DNA from: Malacoraja senta
Taxonomy: Eukaryota
Direction of reading: 5' to 3'
Length of the DNA: 64,000 nucleotides
Assembly (NCBI GenBank): GCA_038087875.1
Contig: CM075977.1
Coordinates: forward strand, 345,092,001-345,156,000
Part shown: positions 25,845 through 37,307 of the stretch, in pieces
How positions within the stretch are numbered: the stretch's first letter is position 1
Layout: every line of letters begins with the position of its first letter
The notes under the pieces: model-generated
Told to the model about the DNA's origin: nothing
The model's database searches: none
What the model saw: only the letters and a program-made list of their open reading frames with translations
Program-made: the position numbers and the translations under genes

Positions 25845-26305
25845 GTTGCCAGGTCTGGAGGGACTGAGCCATCAGAAGACATTGGGCAGGCTAAAATGTT
25901 ATTGATTGGAATGCAGGAAACGGAAGGGTGATCTTATAGAGGTGTATAAAATCATGAGAGGTATAGATAGTGGAAATGCACTTTTTTTTCCCGGGAGAAT
26001 AAGGAGAATCAAGAACTAGAGAGCATAGTTTCAAAGTGGGAGAGGATAGTTTTAGTAGAAATCTAATGGGCAGGATTTTCACACAATAATAATAATAATA
26101 ATAATACATTTTATTTATATAGCGCTTGGGTGTGGGCAGAGGAAGTAGTTGAGGCGGGTACAATTATTTGGACAGGTATAGGGATAAGATAGGTTTAGAG
26201 GATACGAGCCAAACACATGCATATAGGACTTGCTTACATATGGCATCTTGGTCGGCATAGACAAGTTGGACCGAAGGGACTGTTTCAATGTTCTATATCT
26301 CCATG
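25845..26305 (+). mobile_element. CR1/HER1 LINE 3' fragment, interrupted at 26085-26127
   Basis: GGGTGATCTTATAGAGGTGTATAAAATCATGAGAGG etc. Confidence 0.85.
26085..26127 (-). mobile_element. Extreme 3' tail of an L2-type LINE/SINE
   Basis: Reverse complement reads AAGCGCTATATAAATAAAATG(TAT)n. Confidence 0.65.
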
Positions 26306-27356
26306 TTTAAGTCCATTAGGCACTTTCTAACTATATATCTTAAGGCCATAAAGTTGACCTTCAATTTCTAATTTCGTGTATTTTTACTTTTCTTTCCCAT
26401 TTAGCGTTAATATATTAATACATTATTTCTTAATATTTACTTTGCTCAAGCACTTGAAATGAACTAGTTGCAATTGCACCGTTACACTATAAGGGTTGCT
26501 CTAACAAATATGGCTACTCTCACATCAATGCAACCTTGCATTGGAAAAACATATAAATACAAGTCTTGGGATAGGAAGGTGTTTTTCCAGAACAACAAGC
26601 CTTAATTGTTTCCAAATCCAAAGCTCTGCAACTGTCCGAGCAGTGAATTGAAGGAGATATTGCCTGATTGGAAGCATATTTAGCTCTATATTTCAAGAAA
26701 CAAGAGAATCCATCACGATGATATAATGACCATTGGAATGCTTCACTGAGATCCATTTTGCATAGAACAGTAGGGCACAGGACCAGGCCATTCGGCCCAC
26801 AATGTTGTATCAAAATTACCAACTCCTGATTTCCTCCTTTTCACTGTCCTGAAAGATTGGTTCTACCTCTACCTTACAGTTGCTGCTTGACCTGTTGAGT
26901 TTCTCCAGCAGTTTGATTTTTGCTGCAGATTCCAGCATCTGCTGTCTCTTGTGGTCTGTTGTAACTTTGATATTCTTAATAGTGAGGTTTTTGTTGTCGG
27001 CAGCAAGGCCAAACCAACAGGCAATTCCTTTGTTAATTTCCCCATCTTAATTGTTGGCTATTAGTTAATAAACTGGAAATGATGCTCATTGTTGTTCCTA
27101 CATTGTGATAGCCATCAGTCAAAATCCACATCATAATAGTAAATCATAAATGAAAAGAATAACTGCAACATTAGATATAAATGGTAGTGATTTAAAGACT
27201 GGAATCTGAGTGCTGAACTGTGTCACCTTTTTGGAAATGAAACAAACTGGCCAAATTCTGTCATCTTCAGTGTTTTGGTGATACCAATCCAAGGTGTATT
27301 AGGTACACTTATACTTGTGAGCATGCTTACATTTAACTTTGAGGGTCGTCAGAGAC

Positions 27357-27592
27357 TCATAGAATAATGCAGCATGGAAACAGGCTCTTCGGCCCAACTT
27401 TCCCACACAGACCAACATGCCCCACCTACCCTAGACCTACCTGCCTGCTTTTGGCCCATATCCCTCAGAACCTACCCTATCCATGTTACCTGTCTTAATG
27501 TTTCTTAAACGTTACCATAATACCTGCTTAAACATTGCAATTGTACTTGCTTAAACGTTGGGATAGTACCTGTACCTGTTAGCTATCACCTG
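27357..27592 (-). mobile_element. CR1/HER1 LINE 3' end with a local 23-bp triplication
   Basis: TTAAACRTT...TACYTGC repeated three times at about 27506-27572. Confidence 0.8.
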
Positions 27593-27850
27593 TTGTCACC
27601 TGTTAGCTTGACATGATATTTAACTCAAAGATTTCATCAACCCCTGGCTGGGTTTGCCTCCTGTCTACTGTTGCCCAATCTCTGCTATATCTCATGCCTC
27701 ATGTGAATTCTCTGTTAGGCATCATAATCAACATTCTAACCCTGACCTTCCTGTAATTGTATCAGTGATTTTATTGAGGAGGGACCTTTAATATCCCTCA
27801 TGATGTGCTCACACACACACAGCTTTGTAACCAGGTGATCTGTTTTCCAG

Positions 27851-27895
27851 GGTGACCATGGAAACGATGGAGAATCGGGGCCTATGGGACCCAGA
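27851..27895 (+). CDS. COL25A1: COL25A1 exon, 45 nt: GDHGNDGESGPMGPR
   Basis: ttttccag|GGT...AGA|gtaagt. Confidence 0.94.
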
Positions 27896-27993
27896 GTAAG
27901 TTGCTTTGTATCTTCCAGAATTCTCCATTCAATTGTCATAAATTACTCATCTGGAATTCTGATCTCACCTTGACTGTAATGATGTGCTTTCAG

Positions 27994-28071
27994 GGCCCAC
28001 CTGGTCAGAAGGGTGAACAAGGAGTCACCGAGATCATAGATTACAATGGCAACATCCATCAGGCACTACAG
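27994..28071 (+). CDS. COL25A1: COL25A1 exon, 78 nt: GPPGQKGEQGVTEIIDYNGNIHQALQ (COL2/NC3 junction)
   Basis: ctttcag|GGC...CAG|gtgggt; DYNGN motif typical of MACIT NC3. Confidence 0.96.
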
Positions 28072-29168
28072 GTGGGTACAACTACAGAAAAGCCACTAGT
28101 CACAAGCACATCTCCAAGAAACCCTCCATTCCAGCCTCACATTCCACAGGGTAACAACACCCATTTCAATATTTGCTCAAAACAGCTGATGCCAAGTAAT
28201 CAAAAAAATCTGTGGCGTCAGTAAAACAATGCAGGCAGGTTTTATGTGAGGCTCCCAGCCAAGAGATTTTGCCTCACCTGAGGTGGGCCTTCCACACTTT
28301 GTGTGCACACTAGCTCTTCACTGGGGTAGTTGAGAGAATTGGCAGTAGGGAGGGGTTGGGGAGAGAGATGGGGAGGGCTGCTGGTGAAGTGGAGGTAACT
28401 TGGAAAAAGAGATTGAGTTAAAGTCATGGTGAGGGGTATCAGCACGGGTAAAGTGAGTATGATCTCATTTTAGCCATTCAATTACAGCATCTGCTAGATC
28501 AGGCAATACACGATCAGCCCTGTTACACTTACCTTAATAACATTAGGTAGAAATTAGATTGTGGAGCCACATGTTTTTGTGCTCAGCTCTTCCAATTTCT
28601 ATGTAAAATAAATTGTAAATGCAATTTGAGGGCTTACAGTATGATTCAGGAGGTCTGTGATTTATGTAGCAGTTTCTACCTTGTTTCTGCTGTATAATGC
28701 CCAGGGGACATAGGCAGTGTCCAGTGATATCCAATATACATTGGGACAATCATTCAGGGTTATTTTTGTTTCAGGTCAGAGTGGCTCACAACATCCGAGG
28801 CTACTCCTCCAGTAGCAGGTTTCCAAACTACTTGTGAAAGCTGCTTTGTGAGACGCAGAGACCTCATTGGGTTGGTCTTAGCCCAGCACTGAGGACCCTC
28901 AGCTAGGTCCCTTCCAGTTATTTATTTACCAGTTTTCCATCAATTGCTCCATGATATTGACCACTAGCTGGGGACTTCCAACCGCAAACCCATTTCCCAT
29001 GAACTGATCGTCTCGCACCCATCCACTCATCAGCGGTCCTCGTGAGGTCTTTGGAAAATTGATCCATTTATTATCCAATTGGCAGGTTATAATGCTGTTG
29101 GTCTACATCTATTAACAACTGGATGAAGCAATGGGATTGTTCTTACAGAGTTGCTCGAGGGCCACTGT

Positions 29169-29950
29169 TCTGACACTAATGGGCCTATCACACAGGTGAC
29201 TTTTCAGGCGCCTGCCGCCGACTGTCAAGTTGCCAGCAATCGCCTGAAAAACCGGCAACTGGAACGGCGACTGTCAGAGTGGAACACATACACAACGCTT
29301 CCTTCACCAGCCCGTTATGCAGGCGGGGGACAGGGCAAGCGAGGGGAGCGCTGTCTGAGTGAAATTCACACTGTGCAAAGCCAATGTGATACAGACACAC
29401 ACCATGATGAACAGGAAGGTTGGCACTGTAATTAAGACGGTGAAAGCACAGTGTATGGGAAGGGTCACGTAATTCCTTTAAAGGAGGGGGGGAGAAGGGG
29501 GGGGGGATGAGACAACTTTTAAGAAGCCAGAGATACACGGCTGTGAAGTTTGACAGACATTAACATTACCGGTCGGTTATCCTTGGTTCTGAAAACGACT
29601 GCTTTTTTTTTCCCAATGAGCCAATGAAATTCACCAGTTAGCACCGGCTACAACCTACGAGAACCTTCGACCTCCTGGCAACCCACTAGGACCTCCTGGT
29701 AACCCACCTACGGCACGAGAATTCTCGCTACTCTCGATGGCGGCTTCATTCTGGTCGCCACTAATTTTTCAAAGTGTTGAAAGATTCGTGGCGACCATAA
29801 TGAGGCCACAACCAGTTCCCAGAATGCAGGAACTCCTCACGACCATGAAGGCGACTCCCCGGCAACCACCCGCGAACATGTGGCGACCATGTGGCGACTG
29901 CATAGTCTCCTGCAGTTGCCTAAAAAGTGGCCTAAGTGGGACAGGCCCTT
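29169..29950. mobile_element. Non-autonomous TIR DNA transposon (MITE B), related to 7883-8419
   Basis: Left ATGGGCCTATCACAC-AGGTGACTTTTCAGGC; right end reverse complement AAGGGCCTGTCCCACTTAGGCCACTTTTTAGGC; TA on both flanks. Confidence 0.82.
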
Positions 29951-31105
29951 TACCATGCATTCATTCCAAAAGGTCTTGCCACTTGCACTACGACCCACCT
30001 CACTCCTAACTAGGACAAGTGATTGCCAAGATAGCACAGCAGCTGACCCCACTCTGAACTCAAAGATTGAATTAGCCAGGGTTGAATTACTCATGACAGT
30101 GATAAAGGATTGAGGAATAGATGATAGTTGATGAAGGATACAAGCTCTTCTGTTTATTTCTTTGGTCTCAGACATTTGTTGACATAAGGATTTCCTTTGT
30201 CTCAGTGTCTTCAAAGCTTTCATTAGATTGATATAACTTTAGAGGCAACTGAAGTCATAGTACAAATATTATATTGGGATCATGAAAGACTATTCACATT
30301 ATGTGGACCTGATCTATCACAACCGGTCTATGTCACTCTCCCTATAAAGGTCTTTGCTGAAGAATAGTCGTGTGATTACAAACTCTACTTTGTTTGCCAT
30401 TGACCTTGAATCCTAGCCGTAGATATAGGTACCAGATGTGTTACTAAGGCCAGTTAGTCCTTTTTAGATTGCCTAGAACATTGAAATAGATTATCAAAGC
30501 TACATATTAATCAAATAAAATGTTGTAGTGAAGTTTTATAGATATCCTTAAGCCAACGGTTTTAAGGTCTTAAGTTGTGTTTTCATGTACAGGTACCGTG
30601 ACAAGCTTAAAGCCCTCTGCTATCTGTGTGGGCTGCTGCAATGTAATAAGAGTTTAAGCCAATGTTTACCAGTACATATTATCCTCAGAAATTATGTTCA
30701 ATGATAAGCAAGGGTATTTGAAAATCTCAAGTTTATGGCGAAGTAGCCAAAGAAAAATTGTAATGTCCCTTAGCAGGCTGGCTTTCACCTGCCTGGTCCA
30801 CTGAGTTCGAGATTGCATTGTCAGGGGAGAAAGGTGGTTGCATTCACAGCATGGCCGCATGGCCAATGGAGTGGACTGTCCATTTGTTACAGAAAACATG
30901 CAACTTTTGTTTCCATTAACTCAAATAGGGTTAGGGATATTCTATAATAAGTGAGCCACCTCCTCCACAAATTCAATGCTCAGGTGACATACAGTGTCTT
31001 TTTTGGGGAAAAAAAATCTTTGTAACAAATTGTGGAATGAATCAGTAAACTCCTTTACATGGTTGCTCTTACATGTCTTTTTCTTTAATTTTGGCATTCA
31101 AACAG

Positions 31106-31129
31106 AGGATCGCCACCTTAACTGTCACG
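31106..31129 (+). CDS. COL25A1: COL25A1 micro-exon, 24 nt: RIATLTVT (end of NC3)
   Basis: aaacag|AGG...ACG|gtaatt; fills the gap between ALQ and GPPG. Confidence 0.92.
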
Positions 31130-31541
31130 GTAATTAGATGGGTTCCTGAGGGCTACTGCATGAGCTATTGTGGCTTGTGGCTGTATAATTGTGAATTCAG
31201 GCCATTGATACTAATTGTCTGACTTGTTGAAATTTGGATTAGTGATGGTCTTAATATACTGCGCAGCAAAGATGATATCCTTTATACATAACCAGCCATT
31301 AATTTATGCTTCATATAGTTAATATTAGTTAACTGCTCATTGTTCAAAATTTTCATCAGCATTTTAATGGGTCTTACTATAAATATTATGATGTCCACCC
31401 AACAAGTTTGTTTTGTATTGTTTTGCTTTTAATTTTGATTTTATAAAGGCAATTTGCACGGTCTGTCAAAGGATGCCAATGTGAAAAAATATTCTAATTC
31501 TTTCCAAGCAAAAGTAAGACTTTTTTGTTCTGGGTTATCAG

Positions 31542-31586
31542 GGTCCACCAGGCCCTCAAGGATCTCCAGGAATGCAAGGACCAAAG
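31542..31586 (+). CDS. COL25A1: COL25A1 exon, 45 nt: GPPGPQGSPGMQGPK
   Basis: ttatcag|GGT...AAG|gtagga. Confidence 0.94.
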
Positions 31587-31937
31587 GTAGGAAGATCTTC
31601 ATTCTTTTCAATGATGGAGGAGGAACCTTCTTAATAGTAACTGGGGCCAGTCTCATCTTGATGACGCAGATGGAAGGAATGGACTGCATAGTTTTGTTTC
31701 CCCCAGTCAATACTATTGATTATAGCAGGAAGCAAATGTTTATCTAAACTCACCAATGTGAGAACTTTACAAGAACAGTTCCCACCACATCTGTTAAAAT
31801 TTCTCACTGGATGCTGCTAATTTGTAAAAAATACCACCAAGTAATTTGAGGATTAAATGCACCTTGCAGAGCACCTCTGTAATTAAATGCTTTGCGGTTT
31901 AAATGATTTCTGATTCCAGATAAGCCACATTAGATTC

Positions 31938-32205
31938 AGAATTAAAGGAGGTGAGGAGGAACTTCTTTTGTCAGAGGGTAGTTAATCTGTGGAACTCATT
32001 GCCACAGAGGGCTGTGAAGTCCAAGACAGTGGATATTTTTAAGGAAGAGACAGACAAATTCATGATTAGAACGGGTATCAAGGATTATGGGGAGAAAGCA
32101 GGAAAATGAGATTAGGAGGCAGAGATCAGCCATGATTGAATGGCAAAGTAGACTTGATGGGCTGAATGGCCTAATTCTACTCCTATAACGTGAACTTATG
32201 AACTT
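31938..32205 (+). mobile_element. CR1/HER1 LINE 3' end
   Basis: GAGGAGGAACTTCTTTTGTCAGAGGGTAGTTAATCTGTGGAAC...GGCTGAATGGCCTAATTCTACTCC. Confidence 0.87.
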
Positions 32206-33183
32206 GTGATTGCACTGGATATTTAGATAATAAAAATATAAAACAAAATAGTTTAAAATGTCAATGCACAGGAGATTGGCTAACAAGTGAAGGAGAAAGG
32301 CATATTGACATGTGGAAGGAACCCATAATCAAAACTGTCATGAAGCCTGTGCTGCAGGTCCAATAAAAACTACCCCAGAAGATGCAAATGCAGCTTTCAT
32401 CATCAGTCTCCGTCACAATTCCTGGAATTATGTTTTGCAGCATTTGTATTATTCATCACTAATAAAGCTTTGCTATAATTTGAATCCAATATATCAAGGA
32501 CCAGTGAAGCTCCCCTTCCAATGAGGTGCCTTTGATGCAATATTGTATTCTGAGCCAATTTTACCATCATATGGAATTGTTCTGACTTGAAGCTGATAAA
32601 ACATTGCTACCAGACGAGGAGGATTTGAAAGCAATGTTTAAGAGGAGGTGCCAAGATTTAAGGGAAAAAACTTATCGATTTAAACTGAACTGGTTTGTTC
32701 TTAAGATGCCAATATTTATTCAATTTATAGTCAATTGCATTGTTTGGAACTGAGTTCACATCCAGGCCAGGCCACATGGAGTGAAGATATTTTAAAAAGA
32801 TTTGAAATTTTAAAACAATTTAGTATCTTTAATAGAAATAAAATGACCAAATATATTAATCTGAAATTTGCAACCTGCTGTGGTCAGTTGGACAATTAAT
32901 TCTCAACTCCTATTAGCCTATTGAACCCATCATGCTATATAATGTTAAACGCTGGTTAGATCGGGCTAGATCAGTTTCATTACTGTGTTGTTACATTACA
33001 ATCTTTTTTTGCTGACAATTCTAACATGGGGTACTAAAAATCTGTCATGTTTAGTGCAGAGTGAGGAAGTAAGAGGGCATGTGGATTTTCCTTAAAATTA
33101 AAAGCTTATTGAAAATAAGGACTAATCAGAGTGATTCACCAGACATTTTGGTTTTTCCATCCCTTTTTATGTCCACATCACAG

Positions 33184-33228
33184 GGAGACATGGGGAGTCC
33201 TGGATCATATGGAGTCCCAGGAGTGCAG
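33184..33228 (+). CDS. COL25A1: COL25A1 exon, 45 nt: GDMGSPGSYGVPGVQ
   Basis: tcacag|GGA...CAG|gtactg. Confidence 0.92.
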
Positions 33229-33344
33229 GTACTGCGGTTGTCTTATGCCTGCTGGCATTTAATCATCTCCTAATATTTGTGTGAAGTTTTTTCAGAATTT
33301 AATAGGTTACACCTTTTTTTAATACTTGTTGTGCTTATTTTCAG

Positions 33345-33416
33345 GGCCCTAAAGGTTCTAAAGGTGACATTGGCGTTTCAGGAGATAAAGGAAGCATGGG
33401 CCTACCTGGATTATCT
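33345..33416 (+). CDS. COL25A1: COL25A1 exon, 72 nt: GPKGSKGDIGVSGDKGSMGLPGLS
   Basis: ttttcag|GGC...TCT|gtaagt. Confidence 0.95.
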
Positions 33417-33981
33417 GTAAGTGTTTTTGATGGAGACAACGGTGTCCTGAAGAAATTTTTGCCTATAGCTCACATATTTTCTACTCAGATGGAATTGTAT
33501 AAGCAAGTGATAGTTCACATGGAAAATGTACTGCATGTAGCTTAAGCTATACTATGGAACTAGTATCTCCCTGCCTACCTCTGCTTATGGAGGACCAGTA
33601 AAGGGATGGCTGCTAACTGCAGTGTTCTTTACTGGGGATTTTTAGTAAATGACAAAGAAAGCTTATTGGGTGGTGAAATATCTTTATTTGAGTTTGAGAG
33701 GTTCCAGTTATCTTAATGTAATTGCTGACAATGGGACGTCCTTCCCTTTCTACCGTCTATGCGACAAGATGATGCCTGGATATACTCACTACTCTCCTAA
33801 AGGGTCAATCCAAGAGGGACACCATTTTCAGTGGCTGACCAGGTCATTCCTTTACCATTGATTTCAGCAATCTTTTCGGCTGTGGAATCTTACTTCTAAA
33901 GCAAAGCTTTGCTTCCTTCTGGCCTGAGCAAACAGCGGTTCAGCTTTCTTTCCCATTTCTGTTTGGTAACTATGTCTGCAG

Positions 33982-34125
33982 NNNNNNNNNNNNNNNNNNN
34001 NNNNNNNNNNNNNNNNNNNNNNNNNNNNNNNNNNNNNNNNNNNNNNNNNNNNNNNNNNNNNNNNNNNNNNNNNNNNNNNNNNNNNNNNNNNNNNNNNNNN
34101 NNNNNNNNNNNNNNNNNNNNNNNNN
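33982..34125. other. Assembly gap (144 N)
   Basis: Run of N. Confidence 1.
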
Positions 34126-34206
34126 TTTTATCAATTGTTTACAATTGATTTTGCTTATTTTGCTATAATGGTTTTGCTGTGAAGATAGATTTAGTCCATC
34201 GGAGGA

Positions 34207-34209
<3 letters not shown>

Positions 34210-34240
<31 letters not shown>

Positions 34241-34251
34241 TGTGTGTGTGT
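34210..34251. repeat. Compound (GA)n(GT)n microsatellite
   Basis: Direct reading. Confidence 0.95.
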
Positions 34252-34410
34252 ACTGGAGTAACTCAGCAGGTCAGGAGAAAATGGATAGGTGACGTTTAGA
34301 CTTGGTGCCCTTCTTCATACTTTTTCAGTCCGACCCAAACGTTACCTATCTCTTTGCTGCCTGACCTACTGAGTTACCTGCTGAAAACAGCATCTGCAGT
34401 TCATTTTTGT
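34252..34410. mobile_element. Decayed Penelope-derived fold-back element
   Basis: GTAACTCAGCAGGTCAGG...CCTGACCTACTGAGTTAC; CCCTTCTTCA centre. Confidence 0.65.
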
Positions 34411-35615
34411 AACGAAACACAATTTGTTACAAAATGGGACTCAGCTAATTTATCTTTCAAGCCTCCACCACAATTTTGTTACCAAAGTGATTATTAAATG
34501 GCCAGTCATTCAATTGTTCTTCCATATTTTCTACTTTGGCAATAAATATCCATCTTTCTTTTAAGCACTTTTTACTTTGAGCTTCTGATGATTGCAATCG
34601 TCAGAAAAACAGTTTTGTGAATTCAACTTAACTGTACAGACTAATTTGAATGCTGTGTCCCTAGATGCCAGTGTTTCTGAGTTAAGGAGAGATATATACA
34701 CTTTCTTGTATTGTCATTCCTCTTCATTATTTTAGATGGCTCGTGCAAATTGTCCCTAAATTTCTTAATTTTTGGAGTCAAAACCGAATTTATGGTTTCT
34801 TATTATAGCAACTACCCTAATCCAAGGAATCATTCCAGTAAAAACTCATTCTGTTCAAAGCCAGTAGATTTTTCTAAATTGGCATTTCATAGGCTGAAGG
34901 GGATTTTGTGACATTATACTTTTCATTATACGGTTCAGGGCCCCGACCACGGGTGAACACAAGGAAGATTGACTGGACTTTTGTGCCTTCCATCACAGTG
35001 GGAAGTGCTGGTTCCACTGTGGTGGATGTGTATGTTGAAATGTTTATGTTGTGTTCTTTCTTTCTTGCTAGGAGAGGACTGCTCATCTGCCTAGCTTACT
35101 TATGAGTAAAACTGCATCATGATGAATGGCCAACATAGCAACAGGGTTTCATTCAGCCCCTGTTTATACCATATCAACTCTCTGGTCAGAGCTAGCACAC
35201 TAGCTGGGGACGGAAGAGAGTGGCAGGACATCATGAAGCAGATGGCACCACTCAACCCCGGGTTGGAGTGAACGCCATAGATAGATAGATTGATAGATAC
35301 TTTTCTAGTTTTAATATTCTGAACTTCCTTTGATAACATCCAGAATCCCACTGAGATAACAAAGTAATGGGATATTCTACAATTGGACCAAATTCGGTTT
35401 GGCTTTGCTTATGTAGCGGCATGTAATCTGTAAAACAGAAGATTGTACAGTCAAGAGAAGACACAGAGTTCAGCCACTCAGGCGGCATTTCAGGAGAACA
35501 TGGATAACATTTTGATTACGTTGAATAGAGGGAATTCAATTGATCATGTTAATTCATGCTAATTCAACATGTCAATTTACTAATTGGTTTCAACTATTAA
35601 CTTTTGTCTCTCCAG

Positions 35616-35687
35616 GGTATTAATGGAGAAAAGGGAGAAAAAGGAGCAATAGGAGATCATGGATTGTCTGGTCCACAAGGCTCTTCT
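35616..35687 (+). CDS. COL25A1: COL25A1 exon, 72 nt: GINGEKGEKGAIGDHGLSGPQGSS
   Basis: tctccag|GGT...TCT|gtaagt. Confidence 0.95.
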
Positions 35688-36150
35688 GTAAGTTCTCCAA
35701 AATTAGATATCCTAATCATTATTTCATATTGTAAGACAGTACACACCCCTGATCAGGCAGGATGCTGTTTCATTTATTTTAGTTGGAATGACCACAAATT
35801 TCACTGTACCAATTGGTGCATGTGACAATAAATGTCTCTTGTCTTGTCTCTTGAATTCCAGGGATGTTCTTCTGTTGCACATTGTTTACAATTTAATAAA
35901 TACTTGGCTTTGAGACAGTTTCTTATAATTATTATTGCTTCAACACATATCCTGAGGATTTAGGATAGCAGAACAGGATTATTGGATGATTGTTTAATTA
36001 AAGTAAATTCAGTAACTTCCACTAGCAAGAAAACTGGTTCACTAATCGCAAAGATCAATTTATGTGAGTTTTCTGCATTGGTTCTACTTCCCAGTGTTGG
36101 GATGTTGCAGATCAGGTCCCAATCCAATCTGAAGTGTAGCCTGCAGTGAA

Positions 36151-36250
36151 CTGACTGAAGAATGGTCTCGACCCGAAACGTCACCCATTCCTTCTCTCCA
36201 GAGATGTTGCCTGTCTCGCTGAGTTACTCCAGAATTTGTATGTATCTTTG
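36151..36250 (+). mobile_element. Single arm of the Penelope-derived terminal repeat
   Basis: CTGAAGAATGGTCTCGACCCGAAACGTCACCCATTCC...GCTGAGTTACTCCAG. Confidence 0.8.
36152..36186 (+). ncRNA. Putative minimal hammerhead ribozyme core
   Basis: CTGAAGA (36155-36161), stem II GGTC/GACC, GAAAC, GTC (36180-36182). Confidence 0.45.
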
Positions 36251-36961
36251 ACTGAAATGACTGGGATTTTGCCATAACTGAGAACTAGGAGTTCAACATG
36301 GTGAACCATTTTGAACATTTTTGTGATGAGGCACAGACCAAAATGTCACCATTCTTTCTCCAGATACGCAACACTGAGATAATGAGATATTGCAAACGAT
36401 AGCACTCTGCCTTTTGATGTTCTTCCCCTTTTTAAATGCATTCAAAACCAAATATTAAAGGGGTACAAATGGATGGGCTGTACATAAGTTGGCTGTTCGT
36501 AACCAGGGTAGGACCTGCATCTGGGAATTTTGGTCTTTTCAATGCACGTTGATTATGATAACTTGATTAGAATTATCAAGAAGGAGCATTAACAAAATTG
36601 TACACAAATGTTTAAAAAAATTGTAAACACATTTTATCAATTGTTTACAATTGATTTTGCTTATTTTGGTATTATGATTTTGTTGCGAATATAGATTTAG
36701 TCCGTAGGAGTATAAATTCAAAAAGATACAGCTATCATAGATGTTGTTTAGAGTTCACTGGTTAGAATATTAGGCCTTATACTTAATAGGACAGTGCTTC
36801 CTCATTGCCAAATTACTTTGAAGTAATGTAGCCCATTCACACCTTCTTAAGATATTCTCATCAATATTGTCACAAAGCCATTTAACGATCAAGTCAGGAA
36901 GAGCCCAAGTATCGTGACGGTAGGTAGCAGTTTTGATTGACAGTTTGATGAGTTAATCCTC

Positions 36962-37307
36962 AGGGTGGCACGGTGCTGCAGCCGTAGAGTTGCTGCCTTT
37001 ACAACGCTTGCAGCGGTAGAGTTGCTACCTTTACAGCGCTTGCAGCCCCGAGGCCCAGGTTCCATCCCGACTATGAGTGCTATCTCTACGGAGTTTGTAC
37101 GTTTTCCCCGTGACCACACGGGTTTTCCCCGAGATCTTCGGTTTCCTCCCACACTCCAAAGACGTACAGGTTTGTTGGTAAATTGATTTGGAATAAGTGC
37201 AAATTGTCCCTAGTGTGTGTAGAATAGTGTTAATGTGCGGGGTGATCACTGGTCGGCGGAATTGGTGGGCCAAAGTGCCTGTTCCGTGCTGTATCTCTAA
37301 ACTAAAC
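36962..37307 (+). mobile_element. HE1-type SINE with a 32-bp tandem duplication in the tRNA-like head
   Basis: GCAGCSGTAGAGTTGCTRCCTTTACARCGCTT present twice. Confidence 0.88.

Noticed and set aside
29151-30223. Transposase in the ORFs overlapping MITE B
   Set aside because: Short, overlapping in several frames, no DDE or DNA-binding motifs; element too small to be autonomous.
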